In this document: positions 8,762 to 18,997 of the stretch, in pieces | Numbering within the stretch: position 1 is the stretch's first letter | How the letters are laid out: every line of letters begins with the position of its first letter | Origin: Candidatus Izemoplasmatales bacterium | GTDB lineage: Bacteria; Bacillota_I; Bacilli_A; Izemoplasmatales; Hujiaoplasmataceae | Length of the DNA stretch: 26,739 nt | Assembly (NCBI GenBank): GCA_050177605.1 | Contig: JBFXGX010000023.1 | Location: 1 to 26,739 of the forward strand | Reading direction: 5' to 3' | The notes under the pieces: generated by a model | Told to the model about the DNA's origin: nothing | What the model saw: the letters and a program-made list of their open reading frames with translations, nothing else | Database searches by the model: none | Position numbers and translations under genes: made by a program

Positions 8762-10999
8762 ATGAAATTAGTAGAAAGAAATAATCGTATAGACAAAAAA
8801 GAATTGTTTGTCGATGAAACGATCTTTAGTTTATCGAGTGGTATTATCGGTGTGAGAGGTAATTTCATCGAGGGCTATGGTTTCGATCAAGCCAAGCAAA
8901 CTTATATGAATGGTTATTATAATACTTACGATTATAAGTATGAAGAAAACTCAATTCACTTTCCTCAAGAAGGAGAACGCATCGTCAATATTATCGATGG
9001 ACAAACAATCGATATCTTCTTGAATGGTGAGCCACTCCATATGGGCACGGCAAAATTAAAATCTCTTCATCGTTCTTTCGATTTAGATTTAGGGTATTCC
9101 CTGCGTCAAGCACATTATCTTACACAGCACAATAAAGAAATTATCCTTACTGAGAAAAAAATGGTTTCATTTGTTGACAAAGAATTATTATTGATTGATG
9201 TTCAAGTGGAATCTGTCAATTTTGAAGGCAAGATTGAGTTTCGTAGTGCGTTAGAATTACCGAAACAACGTCTTGAAAACAAACTCGATCCACGGATCAA
9301 TATCGCTAAAAACCCTGAAGTTCTGATTGAGAAAAAAGTACTGAAGCCAGATTATGCTGCACTGAACGCTTCCACTAGTCGTACTTCTCTTAAATTGAAG
9401 GTTGCGATGACACATTCGATCGATTTCCTTTACGAACAATCGAGTTCTGGTGTTGAAGGTGTTTACACGGAACATCTTACAGATGGTGGAATCATACACT
9501 TTACAAAATATGTTGTATATAAGGCAACTTCCCTACATAAAGAAATCGATAAATCAACGCTTCATTTACTCGATTTAGCGAAATCAAGAACTTGGTCGTA
9601 TTACATCGAATCTCAAAAAGAAAGTCTATCCAAATTCTGGTCACATTCCCTCGTTGAAATCGATGAAGATCCTGATTCTACCTTAATGCTTCAATACAAT
9701 CTTTATCAGTTAAATGCGTCTCATTCTGGTCTGAAAGAACTGAATATCGCGTCGAAAGGATTATCTGGCGAAGGTTATGAAGGACATTATTTTTGGGATA
9801 CCGAGATTTATATGTTTCCATTCTTCTTACTTACAAATCATGAAAAAGCTTTATCTTTAATCAAGAATCGATATCTTCATTTAGGTCAAGCAAAAAATGA
9901 AGCACTGAAATTAGGTGTCTCCAACGGCGCGAAAATTCCATGGCGCACGATAAATGGAAATGAACTTTCACCTTATTATCCTGCGGGAAGTGCTCAATTC
10001 CATATCAATAGTGATGTGGCCTATACTGTAATTAAGTACTTTAGTTACACCTTAGATCTGAAATTTTTAAAAGAAGTTGGTTTTGAATTATTAGTTGAAA
10101 CAGGTCGTTTCTTATTAGAAGCCGGAAACTTTACAAAAAATGCATTTCATATCAATGCGGTCACTGGGCCTGATGAATATAGTGCATTAGTGAATGACAA
10201 TTACTATACAAATTCAATGGCGCAATATCATTTCAAACATATTGTGTCTTATTATCAGACCTATGCAAAGCAGCTTGAAAAAGTAATTCAGAAGCTAGGA
10301 TTAACGAAACAAGAAATTGATTTATTTAAAAAAGCTGAAAAACAAATGACATTTTTATTTGATGAAAGCAAAAATGTATTTGCTCAAGATGAATCCTTCT
10401 TGCATAAGCCAGAATTATCGATTGATTCTATTCCAAAGGCAAATTTCCCTCTTCTTCTTCATTATCATCCACTGTTTATCTATCGACATCAAGTATTAAA
10501 ACAAGCGGATACTTTACTGAGTATGTTCTTACTTGATTATCAAGACAAAACAATCATGAAAAGTAATTTTGACTATTATTTAAAAAGAACGACTCATGAT
10601 TCAAGTTTGTCTAAATGTATTTATTCGATTAACGCTGCGAAGCTGAATGATCCTGAGATTGCATTTGATTATTTGAAAGATGTGCTTGAAACTGATTTTC
10701 TAGATACCCATCACAATACTCATCATGGTCTTCACGTAGCGAATCTTGGTGGTTCCTATTTGTCGATGATTTATGGATTATTAGGACTCACAATTCATCA
10801 AGGTTCCTTATCCATTTCACCAATATTACCAAAAGAAATGAAAGGAATCCGCGTTCAAATTGTTTATCAAGAAAAACTCATCAAATTTCATGTAACACAT
10901 CAATTGATTGAGATTTTGACTGATCAACAAATTCAAATCGGTATTTACAACGATGTTCATTCCGTAACAAATGAACTACGTTGTGATTATAAAGGTTAA
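8762..10999 (+). CDS. GH65 glycoside phosphorylase (trehalose/kojibiose/maltose phosphorylase family)
   Basis: SKGLSGEGYEGHYFWDTEIY, PWRTING, VTGPDEY (catalytic Glu), KQAD and THDSSLS motifs. Confidence 0.93.
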   Translation: MKLVERNNRIDKKELFVDETIFSLSSGIIGVRGNFIEGYGFDQAKQTYMNGYYNTYDYKYEENSIHFPQEGERIVNIIDGQTIDIFLNGEPLHMGTAKLKSLHRSFDLDLGYSLRQAHYLTQHNKEIILTEKKMVSFVDKELLLIDVQVESVNFEGKIEFRSALELPKQRLENKLDPRINIAKNPEVLIEKKVLKPDYAALNASTSRTSLKLKVAMTHSIDFLYEQSSSGVEGVYTEHLTDGGIIHFTKYVVYKATSLHKEIDKSTLHLLDLAKSRTWSYYIESQKESLSKFWSHSLVEIDEDPDSTLMLQYNLYQLNASHSGLKELNIASKGLSGEGYEGHYFWDTEIYMFPFFLLTNHEKALSLIKNRYLHLGQAKNEALKLGVSNGAKIPWRTINGNELSPYYPAGSAQFHINSDVAYTVIKYFSYTLDLKFLKEVGFELLVETGRFLLEAGNFTKNAFHINAVTGPDEYSALVNDNYYTNSMAQYHFKHIVSYYQTYAKQLEKVIQKLGLTKQEIDLFKKAEKQMTFLFDESKNVFAQDESFLHKPELSIDSIPKANFPLLLHYHPLFIYRHQVLKQADTLLSMFLLDYQDKTIMKSNFDYYLKRTTHDSSLSKCIYSINAAKLNDPEIAFDYLKDVLETDFLDTHHNTHHGLHVANLGGSYLSMIYGLLGLTIHQGSLSISPILPKEMKGIRVQIVYQEKLIKFHVTHQLIEILTDQQIQIGIYNDVHSVTNELRCDYKG

Positions 11000-11029
11000 G
11001 AGACTAAATTAAAAAAATAGGAGGAAAAA

Positions 11030-12271
11030 ATGAAAAAATTATTATTAGTTTTAGTCGCTTTAGTTACAGTACTTACTTTTGTTGGATGTACAAAAGACGA
11101 ATCAACTTTAATCATCTTCCAAAACAAAGTAGAAATCAACGATACATTAACTGCTTATGCTGAGGCATGGGGCGAAAAGAACAATGTAAATGTTGAAGTC
11201 GTTACTTGTGGTGGAGACTCATGTGCTTATGGAACTCAAATCTTAGCTGAATTCCAAAAAGCTGATCAACCAGACATCTTTGTTATTGAAGGTATGGGTG
11301 GATACAATATTTACGCTGACAAGATTTTAGCACTTGATGGCGAAGCTTGGATCCAAGATACTGATTTAGCATTCAAAGTTGATGGTGTTGTTTATGGATT
11401 CCCAGTAGCAGTTGAAGGTTGGGGCTTAGGATATAACAAAGAAATCCTAGATGCAGCTGGCGTTGACCCTGCAGACCTTACTTCTTTAGCAGCTTACCAA
11501 ACTGCTTTTGCAGCTATTCAAGCTTACTACGATGCAAATAATATGACTGATTATGCAGTTCTATCTATGGCAGCTGGTAGTGGTATGACTTGGGTTACTG
11601 GTCTTCATAACTTCAATGGTTATTTATCAGCTGGTTTAGCTTATGACGATAGCTCTGTTATCGATGATTTAAACGCTGGTATCGCAAATGACACAAGACT
11701 TGCTGATTTAGCAAACTGGGTTGAATTATTATTTGAGTACAGTGACCAAACAGTTCTTCTTGAAGGAACATATGATAGCCAAGTTCAACTATTTGATAGT
11801 GGACACGCTGCATTCATTCATCAAGGTAACTGGATTGATCCAAACTTAGACGAAGCAGATTTCGAAATGGGATATGCTCCTCATGCTACAGTTTCTGGAA
11901 CAGTTGATTCAATTTTCGTAAGTGCTCCTTCTTATTATGTTATCAATAAAGATTCAGATAACATTACAGAAGCAAAGTTATTCTTAAATGATTTAGCATC
12001 AACTTCTGAAGGTGCTGACTACATGGTTAACCAAGCACATATGGTTCCAGCATTCAAATCAATTACATTAGTACCTTCTACACCATTATCAGCAGCTGTT
12101 GCTAGCTGGATGGCAAGTGGAAACATCTATGCATGGTGGCAAAATGATATGCCTTCTGGATTCGGTATGGAAACTTTAGGTCCTATCTACACACTTTATG
12201 CATCTGGACAAATCACTAAGACAGAATTTATTGCTCAAATTAAAACTGCAATCGAAGGATTAGCAGAATAG
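11030..12271 (+). CDS. Sugar ABC transporter substrate-binding lipoprotein
   Basis: Lipobox FVGC; FQNKVE, PDIF, YGFPVAVEGWGLGYNKEIL and FIHQGNW. RBS AGGAGG. Confidence 0.92.
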   Translation: MKKLLLVLVALVTVLTFVGCTKDESTLIIFQNKVEINDTLTAYAEAWGEKNNVNVEVVTCGGDSCAYGTQILAEFQKADQPDIFVIEGMGGYNIYADKILALDGEAWIQDTDLAFKVDGVVYGFPVAVEGWGLGYNKEILDAAGVDPADLTSLAAYQTAFAAIQAYYDANNMTDYAVLSMAAGSGMTWVTGLHNFNGYLSAGLAYDDSSVIDDLNAGIANDTRLADLANWVELLFEYSDQTVLLEGTYDSQVQLFDSGHAAFIHQGNWIDPNLDEADFEMGYAPHATVSGTVDSIFVSAPSYYVINKDSDNITEAKLFLNDLASTSEGADYMVNQAHMVPAFKSITLVPSTPLSAAVASWMASGNIYAWWQNDMPSGFGMETLGPIYTLYASGQITKTEFIAQIKTAIEGLAE

Positions 12272-12299
12272 TTTTAAAAGTCTCTTAAAACATTTCATG

Positions 12300-12333
12300 A
12301 AAAAAGGAATACCTCTTTCGGTACTCCTTTTTT
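12300..12333. terminator. Bidirectional intrinsic terminator
   Basis: AAAAAAGGAATACC-tctttc-GGTACTCCTTTTTT between convergent genes. Confidence 0.8.
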
Positions 12334-12345
12334 CTTTTTGATAGT

Positions 12346-12642
12346 TTAGATTAACTCTTCATTTACCCAATAAGCTGATCCATCTTTTTCTCTTAATAAG
12401 TAGTGGTAGTCAACTAAGTATCTTCTTAAGGTTACAAAATCGAAATAAACTTCTTTTAAGATTGAAGACACTTCTTTTTCAGTATAAGTGATGTTCGGTT
12501 GAAATACAGTCTTAATGATTTGAAGTGCAATATACTTCTTTTTTTCTTTTGCGGGAAAAACAGATAAAACAACAGGATCTAAAGAACTAAAGTAACTTTC
12601 TTTGACTTGGATCATCTCTTCTAGTGTATAGTCATAAATCAT
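12346..12642 (-). CDS. DUF2087-domain protein
   Basis: FPAKEKKK, YTEKEVS.IL and DFVTLRRYLVDY..L.R..DGSAYW pattern typical of DUF2087. RBS GGAG. Confidence 0.8.
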   Translation of the reverse strand: MIYDYTLEEMIQVKESYFSSLDPVVLSVFPAKEKKKYIALQIIKTVFQPNITYTEKEVSSILKEVYFDFVTLRRYLVDYHYLLREKDGSAYWVNEELI

Positions 12643-12651
12643 TTTTTCTCC

Positions 12652-13578
12652 TTACCACGGAAGCCCTTCTTTTTCAATCCAATCAAGGTAAAAACCTCTC
12701 AATTGATTAAATCGTGCATCCGTTATTTGATATAATTCATTTTCAACATTCGTTTTTAGTTGTTCAAGTTTTGTCGTTCCTGGGATGACAATAACACCTG
12801 GGATATGATATAAGAATGCCATACTGACTTTTAGGATATCTTCTGGGTAGATTAACTCTTTTATCATTGTCACTAAGGAAGCTCTTCTTGTGATTGTTTC
12901 TTGGCTCCATCTTGATCTTATTCCTTCAAACTTACTATGCTCGTTATATTTACCACTGAGCCATCCTGAATCAAGCGGGACTTTCGCTAGGATAATGATG
13001 CCCTTCTCATAGGCTTTTTCAATCAATGGGAGTGTTCCTTGAAACAAAACATTGAGCAATATTTCGATGATTGTAATTCCTTCAATCTCAAGAACTTGTT
13101 TTAATTCATCGTAGGTATCTATACTTACACCATAGTGATGGATCAGTCCTTCTTTTTTTAAACTCTCCATAACTTCAAAATGATCTGTTTGATGAGATAA
13201 AATCTCACTTCCAGGATTATGAAGTAATAATGCATCAAGATAATTGGTCTTCAGTCTAGTAAGGCTCTCCTCAATCGCTTCTTTCATTGATGAAGTACGA
13301 AAATCACTACTTCCATCGGCTTTATGTCCAAATTTTGATGAAATAAATACTTTTTCTCGGTTGCCTTTGAGTCCTTCACCAAGAATTTTTTCACTTTCAC
13401 CATTTCCGTATCCTGGTGCAGTATCAAAAACGGTGATGCCTTGCTGAAGAGCTTCTTTGACGAATAGAACACCTTCATCAAAGGTCATATTAGACCAAAG
13501 CGAATTTCCTAATTGCCAAGCGCCAAATCCGAGTCGAGATAAAAGTAAATTATTTTTTGAATCAAGATAATATTTCAT
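12652..13578 (-). CDS. Aldo/keto reductase
   Basis: LGFGAWQLG, FDTAPGYGNGESE, SSKFG, SLTRLKTNYLDALLLHNP and VIPG. ATG 13578 has RBS AAAGGAGA and overlaps the upstream gene end. Confidence 0.92.
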   Translation of the reverse strand: MKYYLDSKNNLLLSRLGFGAWQLGNSLWSNMTFDEGVLFVKEALQQGITVFDTAPGYGNGESEKILGEGLKGNREKVFISSKFGHKADGSSDFRTSSMKEAIEESLTRLKTNYLDALLLHNPGSEILSHQTDHFEVMESLKKEGLIHHYGVSIDTYDELKQVLEIEGITIIEILLNVLFQGTLPLIEKAYEKGIIILAKVPLDSGWLSGKYNEHSKFEGIRSRWSQETITRRASLVTMIKELIYPEDILKVSMAFLYHIPGVIVIPGTTKLEQLKTNVENELYQITDARFNQLRGFYLDWIEKEGLPW

Positions 13579-14869
13579 TTTGTCTCCTTTCAAAGTGAAT
13601 ATCACTTTTTTCAAAATAATTCGATTCTATTTCAACATTCATTCCGCTTTTCGTTAGTTCATTGATCACATAATGTTCAATGGTAGGTTCGACGTACGCT
13701 CTCGTAAAAGTGATTTTTGTTTTGGACTCATAGCTATGTAATGCGACGGTAGGTTTCAAACCAGAACCCATATGGAAAGTAAATCCTTTCACAAAAGGAG
13801 TCATGCTTTCTGGTAAATGAATCTGTCCAAAGTTAGAGATTGTCATCGTTGATGGTCGTTTTCCATGAATATAATATGCAATTCTAAAAATGAAGTTTTT
13901 AATAAATAGTGGAACCAAACGAATATAGATTTGTTTAGAAATCCGTACATTGCTTGAGAGACGATCTCTCAGTTTGTCTTTCACACGTTCTTCTGAAAAA
14001 GGCTTTTTGACATGCTCCGTGAGTTCCTCCATGGAAGGATAGGTTCCCCTAAATTGATAAGTTACATAAAAATAAAGCGAAAAATTTCGAAGTGTTATAC
14101 TATCAAATATATTTCTTAGGTTGACTGGTACACAGATTGAGATTTCATTTTTTAATAAGAGTTCTCTAGGTGTCGTATGAAGAAATGCATCGATGAATAA
14201 AGCAACCAAATATTCTGAAAGCGAAACATGATAGCTTTTCGCTACTTGTAATAAGGAAGCTGAATCTATGTAAGCATTGATGAGTGCTGATCCGTTTCTT
14301 CCAAGTCTCGTTCCTGGATAGATTATTGCACGGGGAGTCGTGCTCTTCTTTTTTGGTTTAGGAAGTGCATGTTCTAAATAGGAGTCTTCCACTTCTGCGT
14401 TCGTTGGATGCTCAGTTTTTACAAGAATTGTCGAATCATTGATTATTTTTTTGCCAAGTAAGACTAAATATTCAAAAACAATCGCCTTTAAAAATTGAAT
14501 TCCCCCATACCCATCGCATAATGCATGAAACATCTCTAGGCTGATGCGGTTTTGAAATGTAAGTACTCTGAAATAATACCCATTATTTTGATGAAGATTG
14601 ATTTTTTTACAAACCGAAGCATCTTCACTACTAATCACAACGTCATGTTGGTTTTTTTCAAAATAAAACCAAAACAATCCTTTCTTGATTCTTACAAAAA
14701 AGGATGGAAAGCGATGTCTTAAGTTTTCTATCGCTATACGCAAAACTTGAACATCAATGGCTTCAGTTAACGTTGCGCTAACACGAAACACATGGGTAAA
14801 ACGTTCACTCGCAAGCACAGGATAAATGATTGCGGCATTATCCAAATGGAGCCAATCTGTATGAGTCAT
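13562..14869 (-). CDS. Alcohol acetyltransferase-like / condensation-domain acyltransferase
   Basis: WLHLDNAAIIYP N-terminus, HxxxDG motif FHALCDGYGG, PVNLR..F.S.TLRNFS and SNFG. Confidence 0.8.
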   Translation of the reverse strand: MTHTDWLHLDNAAIIYPVLASERFTHVFRVSATLTEAIDVQVLRIAIENLRHRFPSFFVRIKKGLFWFYFEKNQHDVVISSEDASVCKKINLHQNNGYYFRVLTFQNRISLEMFHALCDGYGGIQFLKAIVFEYLVLLGKKIINDSTILVKTEHPTNAEVEDSYLEHALPKPKKKSTTPRAIIYPGTRLGRNGSALINAYIDSASLLQVAKSYHVSLSEYLVALFIDAFLHTTPRELLLKNEISICVPVNLRNIFDSITLRNFSLYFYVTYQFRGTYPSMEELTEHVKKPFSEERVKDKLRDRLSSNVRISKQIYIRLVPLFIKNFIFRIAYYIHGKRPSTMTISNFGQIHLPESMTPFVKGFTFHMGSGLKPTVALHSYESKTKITFTRAYVEPTIEHYVINELTKSGMNVEIESNYFEKSDIHFERRQNEILS

Positions 14870-14926
14870 AGAACCATCCTCCTTCTTTAGTATACTCGAT
14901 TTTTACTAAATAAAAAAGAAGAAGGT

Positions 14927-15850
14927 TTAATTTCCTTCTTCACTTTGTTTTATCGCTTTATCTTGATTCATTAAATAAACACTTGTAATGATGAGTAAGG
15001 ACCCAAGTAATTGAAACCACCCAAATGATTCTTGTAAAAAGATGACCCCTGCTAAAATGGATACAACCGTGGTTAAATTCGCAAAAATCGCCGCTTTTGA
15101 GACCTTCACATAACTCATGGCATCATTAATCATCAGAAAGGCAAGAACAGAAGAAATTCCAGCTAAATAAATCATATCGATAAAAAATCTAGGTGAAGAA
15201 AACACTGTCAAAAGCGCACGCTGAAGGTCAGTACTGTTTTGGATAAGACCTAATGGGATAAACACAATCATCCCCATAAAAAACATTAAATAGGTTCGCT
15301 CATATGTATCATACAGTGGTGCAATTTTTCTCGAGAAAACATTAAAGAAAGCTGCACTTATCACAGATATTAAAATAAAAAAGAATCCAAGAAATGAAAA
15401 AGAAGCGACTTGTTCACCAAGGGTTGTCACTGTGACACCTACGATACTTAAAGTTCCAAGAAGAATATGTCTCAGTTTCACTGTTTCTTTTAAAAACAGA
15501 AATCCAAAATAAAAACTTACCAGTGGTATTAATGAAATAATAATGCCGACATAGGAAGTTTGTAAAAGTCTTACTCCATAACTTTCACCAATGAAATAAG
15601 TCACGGGTTGGACCAGACCAAGTAATAATAAAATTCCGACCTTTTTACCCTTTAATTTCAACTTTTTCTTTTTCCATATAAATAGGACTTGCATGATTAA
15701 AAAAGCAATCGTAAAACGGAATCCTAACATCAAAAAGGGACTAGCAATACTTAGCGCATTTTTAGAAAACATAAAGCTAAACCCAAAGATTGCATATCCT
15801 AAAAATAAAAAGAGGTAAGAACGTTTTTCTAGATAGTTATTCGTGTTCAT
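14927..15850 (-). CDS. DMT/EamA-family transporter
   Basis: About 10 hydrophobic helices in two EamA repeats (IFGFSFMFSK, RFTIAFL, LFLKE, FANLTTVVSILAGVIFLQE). ATG 15850 with RBS AAGGTGA. Confidence 0.9.
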   Translation of the reverse strand: MNTNNYLEKRSYLFLFLGYAIFGFSFMFSKNALSIASPFLMLGFRFTIAFLIMQVLFIWKKKKLKLKGKKVGILLLLGLVQPVTYFIGESYGVRLLQTSYVGIIISLIPLVSFYFGFLFLKETVKLRHILLGTLSIVGVTVTTLGEQVASFSFLGFFFILISVISAAFFNVFSRKIAPLYDTYERTYLMFFMGMIVFIPLGLIQNSTDLQRALLTVFSSPRFFIDMIYLAGISSVLAFLMINDAMSYVKVSKAAIFANLTTVVSILAGVIFLQESFGWFQLLGSLLIITSVYLMNQDKAIKQSEEGN

Positions 15851-15913
15851 AAATTCACCTTGTGACATGATTTTAGAGACAAGTATATCATACAAAATAT
15901 CGATTTGCAATAT

Positions 15914-15936
15914 AAAAAGGGATGAAATCATCCCTT
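15914..15936 (-). terminator. Probable intrinsic terminator after the 16033 lipoprotein gene
   Basis: Minus strand AAGGGATGA-TT-TCATCCCTTTTT hairpin with T tail. Confidence 0.6.
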
Positions 15937-16032
15937 GCATTTATATATATTAGTTACCGATTTAGATACACGCATTCTGTCCTGAAAGAATCACTTAGTT
16001 TAGCTCATAACATTTACTTTTTAAAGTAACTA

Positions 16033-16719
16033 CTAATCTCCATTAAAGGAAATGAAACGATCCAGGATATATTGATACGCTTCTTGACTAAAAGGAAGGA
16101 TATCGTATTCTTCAAACGAAGATATATATACACTTTTTGATTCATCTTCATTTACTTGTACTTTTACAACAAATTTTACTTCAGGATATATTCTACTTAT
16201 CTCCTGGTATAGTTCTGAAGATTGGTTAAATACAGTAAGCAATTCTTCCTCGGTGTCGATAATTATAGAATAATCTATAAATGTATAGTCGTAAAAACTT
16301 AAATAATCGTCTTCTTCAATACGAATAACATAATTGGCATACTCACTTTGCAGACTCTCTAGTATATGGATTAATAAGATAGAATCATAATTATTACGCA
16401 ATGTATATCGATATTTGGCAAATTCACCAGTACTATCCCAATAACTTTCTTGTTGGCTAGAAATGACAAAATTAACATTATTATAGGATGCTTCCCAAAC
16501 CCGATATTTTCGTCCATATTCTGTTTCATTATCGACATATATTTCCGATACTACAACATCACTAGCACCTAGGTACTCTTCAATATATGCAACTACTTCA
16601 GTATAAGTATGCGGCGTTTTTGAAGCCTCATCTGGAATATCGTATTGACATCCACTTACGCTAGTAACAAAGATTATTAATAGAAGCAATGTAAAAATTC
16701 TATGTAGTAATTTTTTCAT
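16033..16719 (-). CDS. Hypothetical lipoprotein
   Basis: MKK, hydrophobic stretch and lipobox VSGC, followed by an acidic Tyr-rich body. RBS GAGG. No recognisable domain. Confidence 0.7.
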   Translation of the reverse strand: MKKLLHRIFTLLLLIIFVTSVSGCQYDIPDEASKTPHTYTEVVAYIEEYLGASDVVVSEIYVDNETEYGRKYRVWEASYNNVNFVISSQQESYWDSTGEFAKYRYTLRNNYDSILLIHILESLQSEYANYVIRIEEDDYLSFYDYTFIDYSIIIDTEEELLTVFNQSSELYQEISRIYPEVKFVVKVQVNEDESKSVYISSFEEYDILPFSQEAYQYILDRFISFNGD

Positions 16720-16941
16720 TATTTCCTCTAACACCCTACTCCTTTTTTAGTTCATTATAGCAGATTTCAAATTATCTTTAAATATAATATGCAAAAATAA
16801 TTTTTCATTTATTTTTTATGGTGAAGCAATCTATAGTGCACTCGAAAAAATAAGATTTCTCAAGGATTCTATTCTCTTTTTTTCTATTTAATTTGATTTC
16901 ATATTCTATGTTATAATTTTGTAAAGTACTTTGTTGGCAAT

Positions 16942-17090
16942 AAAAAGGATTGACAAATTGTCTAATTCTTGACAGAAAGTAGACATCTATCAATCCTATG
17001 CTTTCAATATGGGTTGCATGACCTATTTTAATACAAATGCACACGAATAAGCAAAGTTGTAAGAAACACAAGGTTAGTTTTTAGCACCTC
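16942..17090. repeat. Intergenic junction element, copy 1
   Basis: 16942-16961 is identical to 21441-21460. 17007-17076 matches 26582-26651 at 63/70 positions by hand alignment. Confidence 0.85.
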
Positions 17091-17116
17091 ATGAAAATTG
17101 CTAAATAATATGGAAT

Positions 17117-17560
17117 CTAAATGTCGACTCTGTAAATGCTATACTTTGGTATACCATCATAATAAAACACATAATTACTAGGTGGTGTAATTGTTTCTAT
17201 ATGGATACCACCGAGTTTGTTGATAACACTTTTAGATGAGTAATTATCCTCTTCACATGAAATAATCAGGTGCGTCATACCATGAAACCTAGCTACCATG
17301 TAAGTCATCATTACAGCTAATTTAGAATAATCATTTCCACGAAATGATTCGTCAATTTCATAGCCTACATTCCCGTTAATATAGGAATGTTCGTTGTGTC
17401 CAATGCGAATACTAATCTTTCCAATTGTGGTTGATATCGAGTTCAGGTAAATCTCATAATAGTAAAATGGAATAACTTTATCATCACCTTCACAAGTTTC
17501 AATCAGTTTTAGCGTAAGTGTATCACCTTTAATGATTGTAAAATTTCGATTGAATTCCAT
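17117..17560 (-). CDS. GNAT-family N-acetyltransferase
   Basis: IGKISIRIG, GNVGYEIDESFRGNDY, ISCEEDN.SS..VI.KLGG. ATG 17560 with RBS AGAGGT at the end of the upstream ATPase gene. Confidence 0.85.
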   Translation of the reverse strand: MEFNRNFTIIKGDTLTLKLIETCEGDDKVIPFYYYEIYLNSISTTIGKISIRIGHNEHSYINGNVGYEIDESFRGNDYSKLAVMMTYMVARFHGMTHLIISCEEDNYSSKSVINKLGGIHIETITPPSNYVFYYDGIPKYSIYRVDI

Positions 17561-17570
17561 AACAATACCT

Positions 17571-18914
17571 CTATAAAAACATAGCCATGTAAACTGGCAA
17601 GTAAATAATATCATCTTTTGTTGCTAAATCTTTTGTATGAATGATGTATTTCTTGCCTAACTTATCTTTAAACTTGATACTAAACTTGTCCAATGATGAT
17701 GTGGTATAGTTTTTGCCAGACTTTACTTCAACTGGTGATATTTTAGTCGGTTTTGATTGATCGATGATTAAAAAATCAATTTCCATCGTATTTGAGCGAT
17801 CATGATTATCAGCTCTAGAGTAAAAATATAATTTCTTATTTAAAGCTGTAAACATTTGTGCAACGATATTTTCAAATATCATACCATTGTTGACTTCAAG
17901 TCGATCTTGAATAATCGCTTTTGCTACTTCTTGATGCATGTCATCATTTTCACTGAATGCTTGGCTCAGTAGTAATCCAGTGTCTGCCATATACATTTTA
18001 AGCGTTAATCTATCACGGTTTAAGGATAATCCAAAGTTCGGATCTGATGCATTGAAGCATAGATTAGTTATCATCGCTTCATCCAACCATGTAAATGCAT
18101 CTTCATAATCTCTAAATCGAGCATCTTTCGATAAAGTACTTAACATAAACTTCTTTTCGTGTTTTGATAATTGACTGGGGATTTCATCGAAAATACTGAG
18201 TACTTTATGTTCGTATCCTTTAGCATACTTTGAAATATCATTCTTGTACAACTTTAAAATATCCCTTTTAATTCGATCTACTTTTGTATAATCATTGGTA
18301 TTTAAGAATTCCACAACTACTTGAGGCATACCTCCGATTAACAAATACTGTCTAAAAAGTTTCATAATCGTTGAATGAATTTCATTTAGAGGATTTAAAG
18401 TTTCAAAATGCTTTTTAATCAGAGAAATTACATCACTTCTACCAAGTGCTAGACAAAACTCCTCGAAATCAAGAGGATACATTTTAATTGCCCTTTCTTC
18501 TGAAGGTATTAAAATACTATCTACGTTGCGCTTGATAGATAATAAAGACCCTGTTTCGATATAATCATAACGGTTGTCATTCACGAGATGTTTAATCAAT
18601 TGTCTTGCTAGAGGAAACAGTTGTACTTCATCAAATACAATTAGTGAGTTTCTCTCATACAATGTAATCCCAGTGATTGATGTTAAGAAAAAGAAAAAAT
18701 CATCAAGATTTGATGCGTACTTTTTGAAAAGTGATTTAATCTCTTCACTAGCAATGCTAAAGTCAATAAGTATGAATGATTTGTATTCTTTTTTTGCGAA
18801 AGCTTCAACCATTGTGCTTTTTCCAACACGTCTTGCACCTTCGATAAGTAATGCAGTTTTACCATTTTCATTTTTCCATGAAAGCAATTGCTTATATATT
18901 TTTCGCTCCAACAT
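17571..18914 (-). CDS. AAA_14 ATPase with C-terminal DUF4143 domain
   Basis: Walker A GARRVGKS, Walker B IVFDEVQ, ETGS, GGMP, K.Y..DTGLL, FEN, and EIDFL...PVEVKSG. Confidence 0.9.
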   Translation of the reverse strand: MLERKIYKQLLSWKNENGKTALLIEGARRVGKSTMVEAFAKKEYKSFILIDFSIASEEIKSLFKKYASNLDDFFFFLTSITGITLYERNSLIVFDEVQLFPLARQLIKHLVNDNRYDYIETGSLLSIKRNVDSILIPSEERAIKMYPLDFEEFCLALGRSDVISLIKKHFETLNPLNEIHSTIMKLFRQYLLIGGMPQVVVEFLNTNDYTKVDRIKRDILKLYKNDISKYAKGYEHKVLSIFDEIPSQLSKHEKKFMLSTLSKDARFRDYEDAFTWLDEAMITNLCFNASDPNFGLSLNRDRLTLKMYMADTGLLLSQAFSENDDMHQEVAKAIIQDRLEVNNGMIFENIVAQMFTALNKKLYFYSRADNHDRSNTMEIDFLIIDQSKPTKISPVEVKSGKNYTTSSLDKFSIKFKDKLGKKYIIHTKDLATKDDIIYLPVYMAMFL

Positions 18915-18943
18915 CGTTATCATCACCTCTTATATCTCTATTA

Positions 18944-18997
18944 TACACGTATTTTGATTTTTTATATAATATTTTTTACACGTATTTTGATTTTTTA
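18944..18997. repeat. Direct repeat TACACGTATTTTGATTTTTTA x2 (33 bp period) in the ATPase promoter region
   Basis: Identical 21-mers at 18944-18964 and 18977-18997, with a degenerate third CACGT core near 19012. Confidence 0.85.

Noticed and set aside
16805..17071. 88-aa minus-strand ORF
   Set aside because: It runs through junction copy 1 and its hairpin, has no RBS, is not preserved as an equivalent ORF in the other copies and has an unnatural composition.
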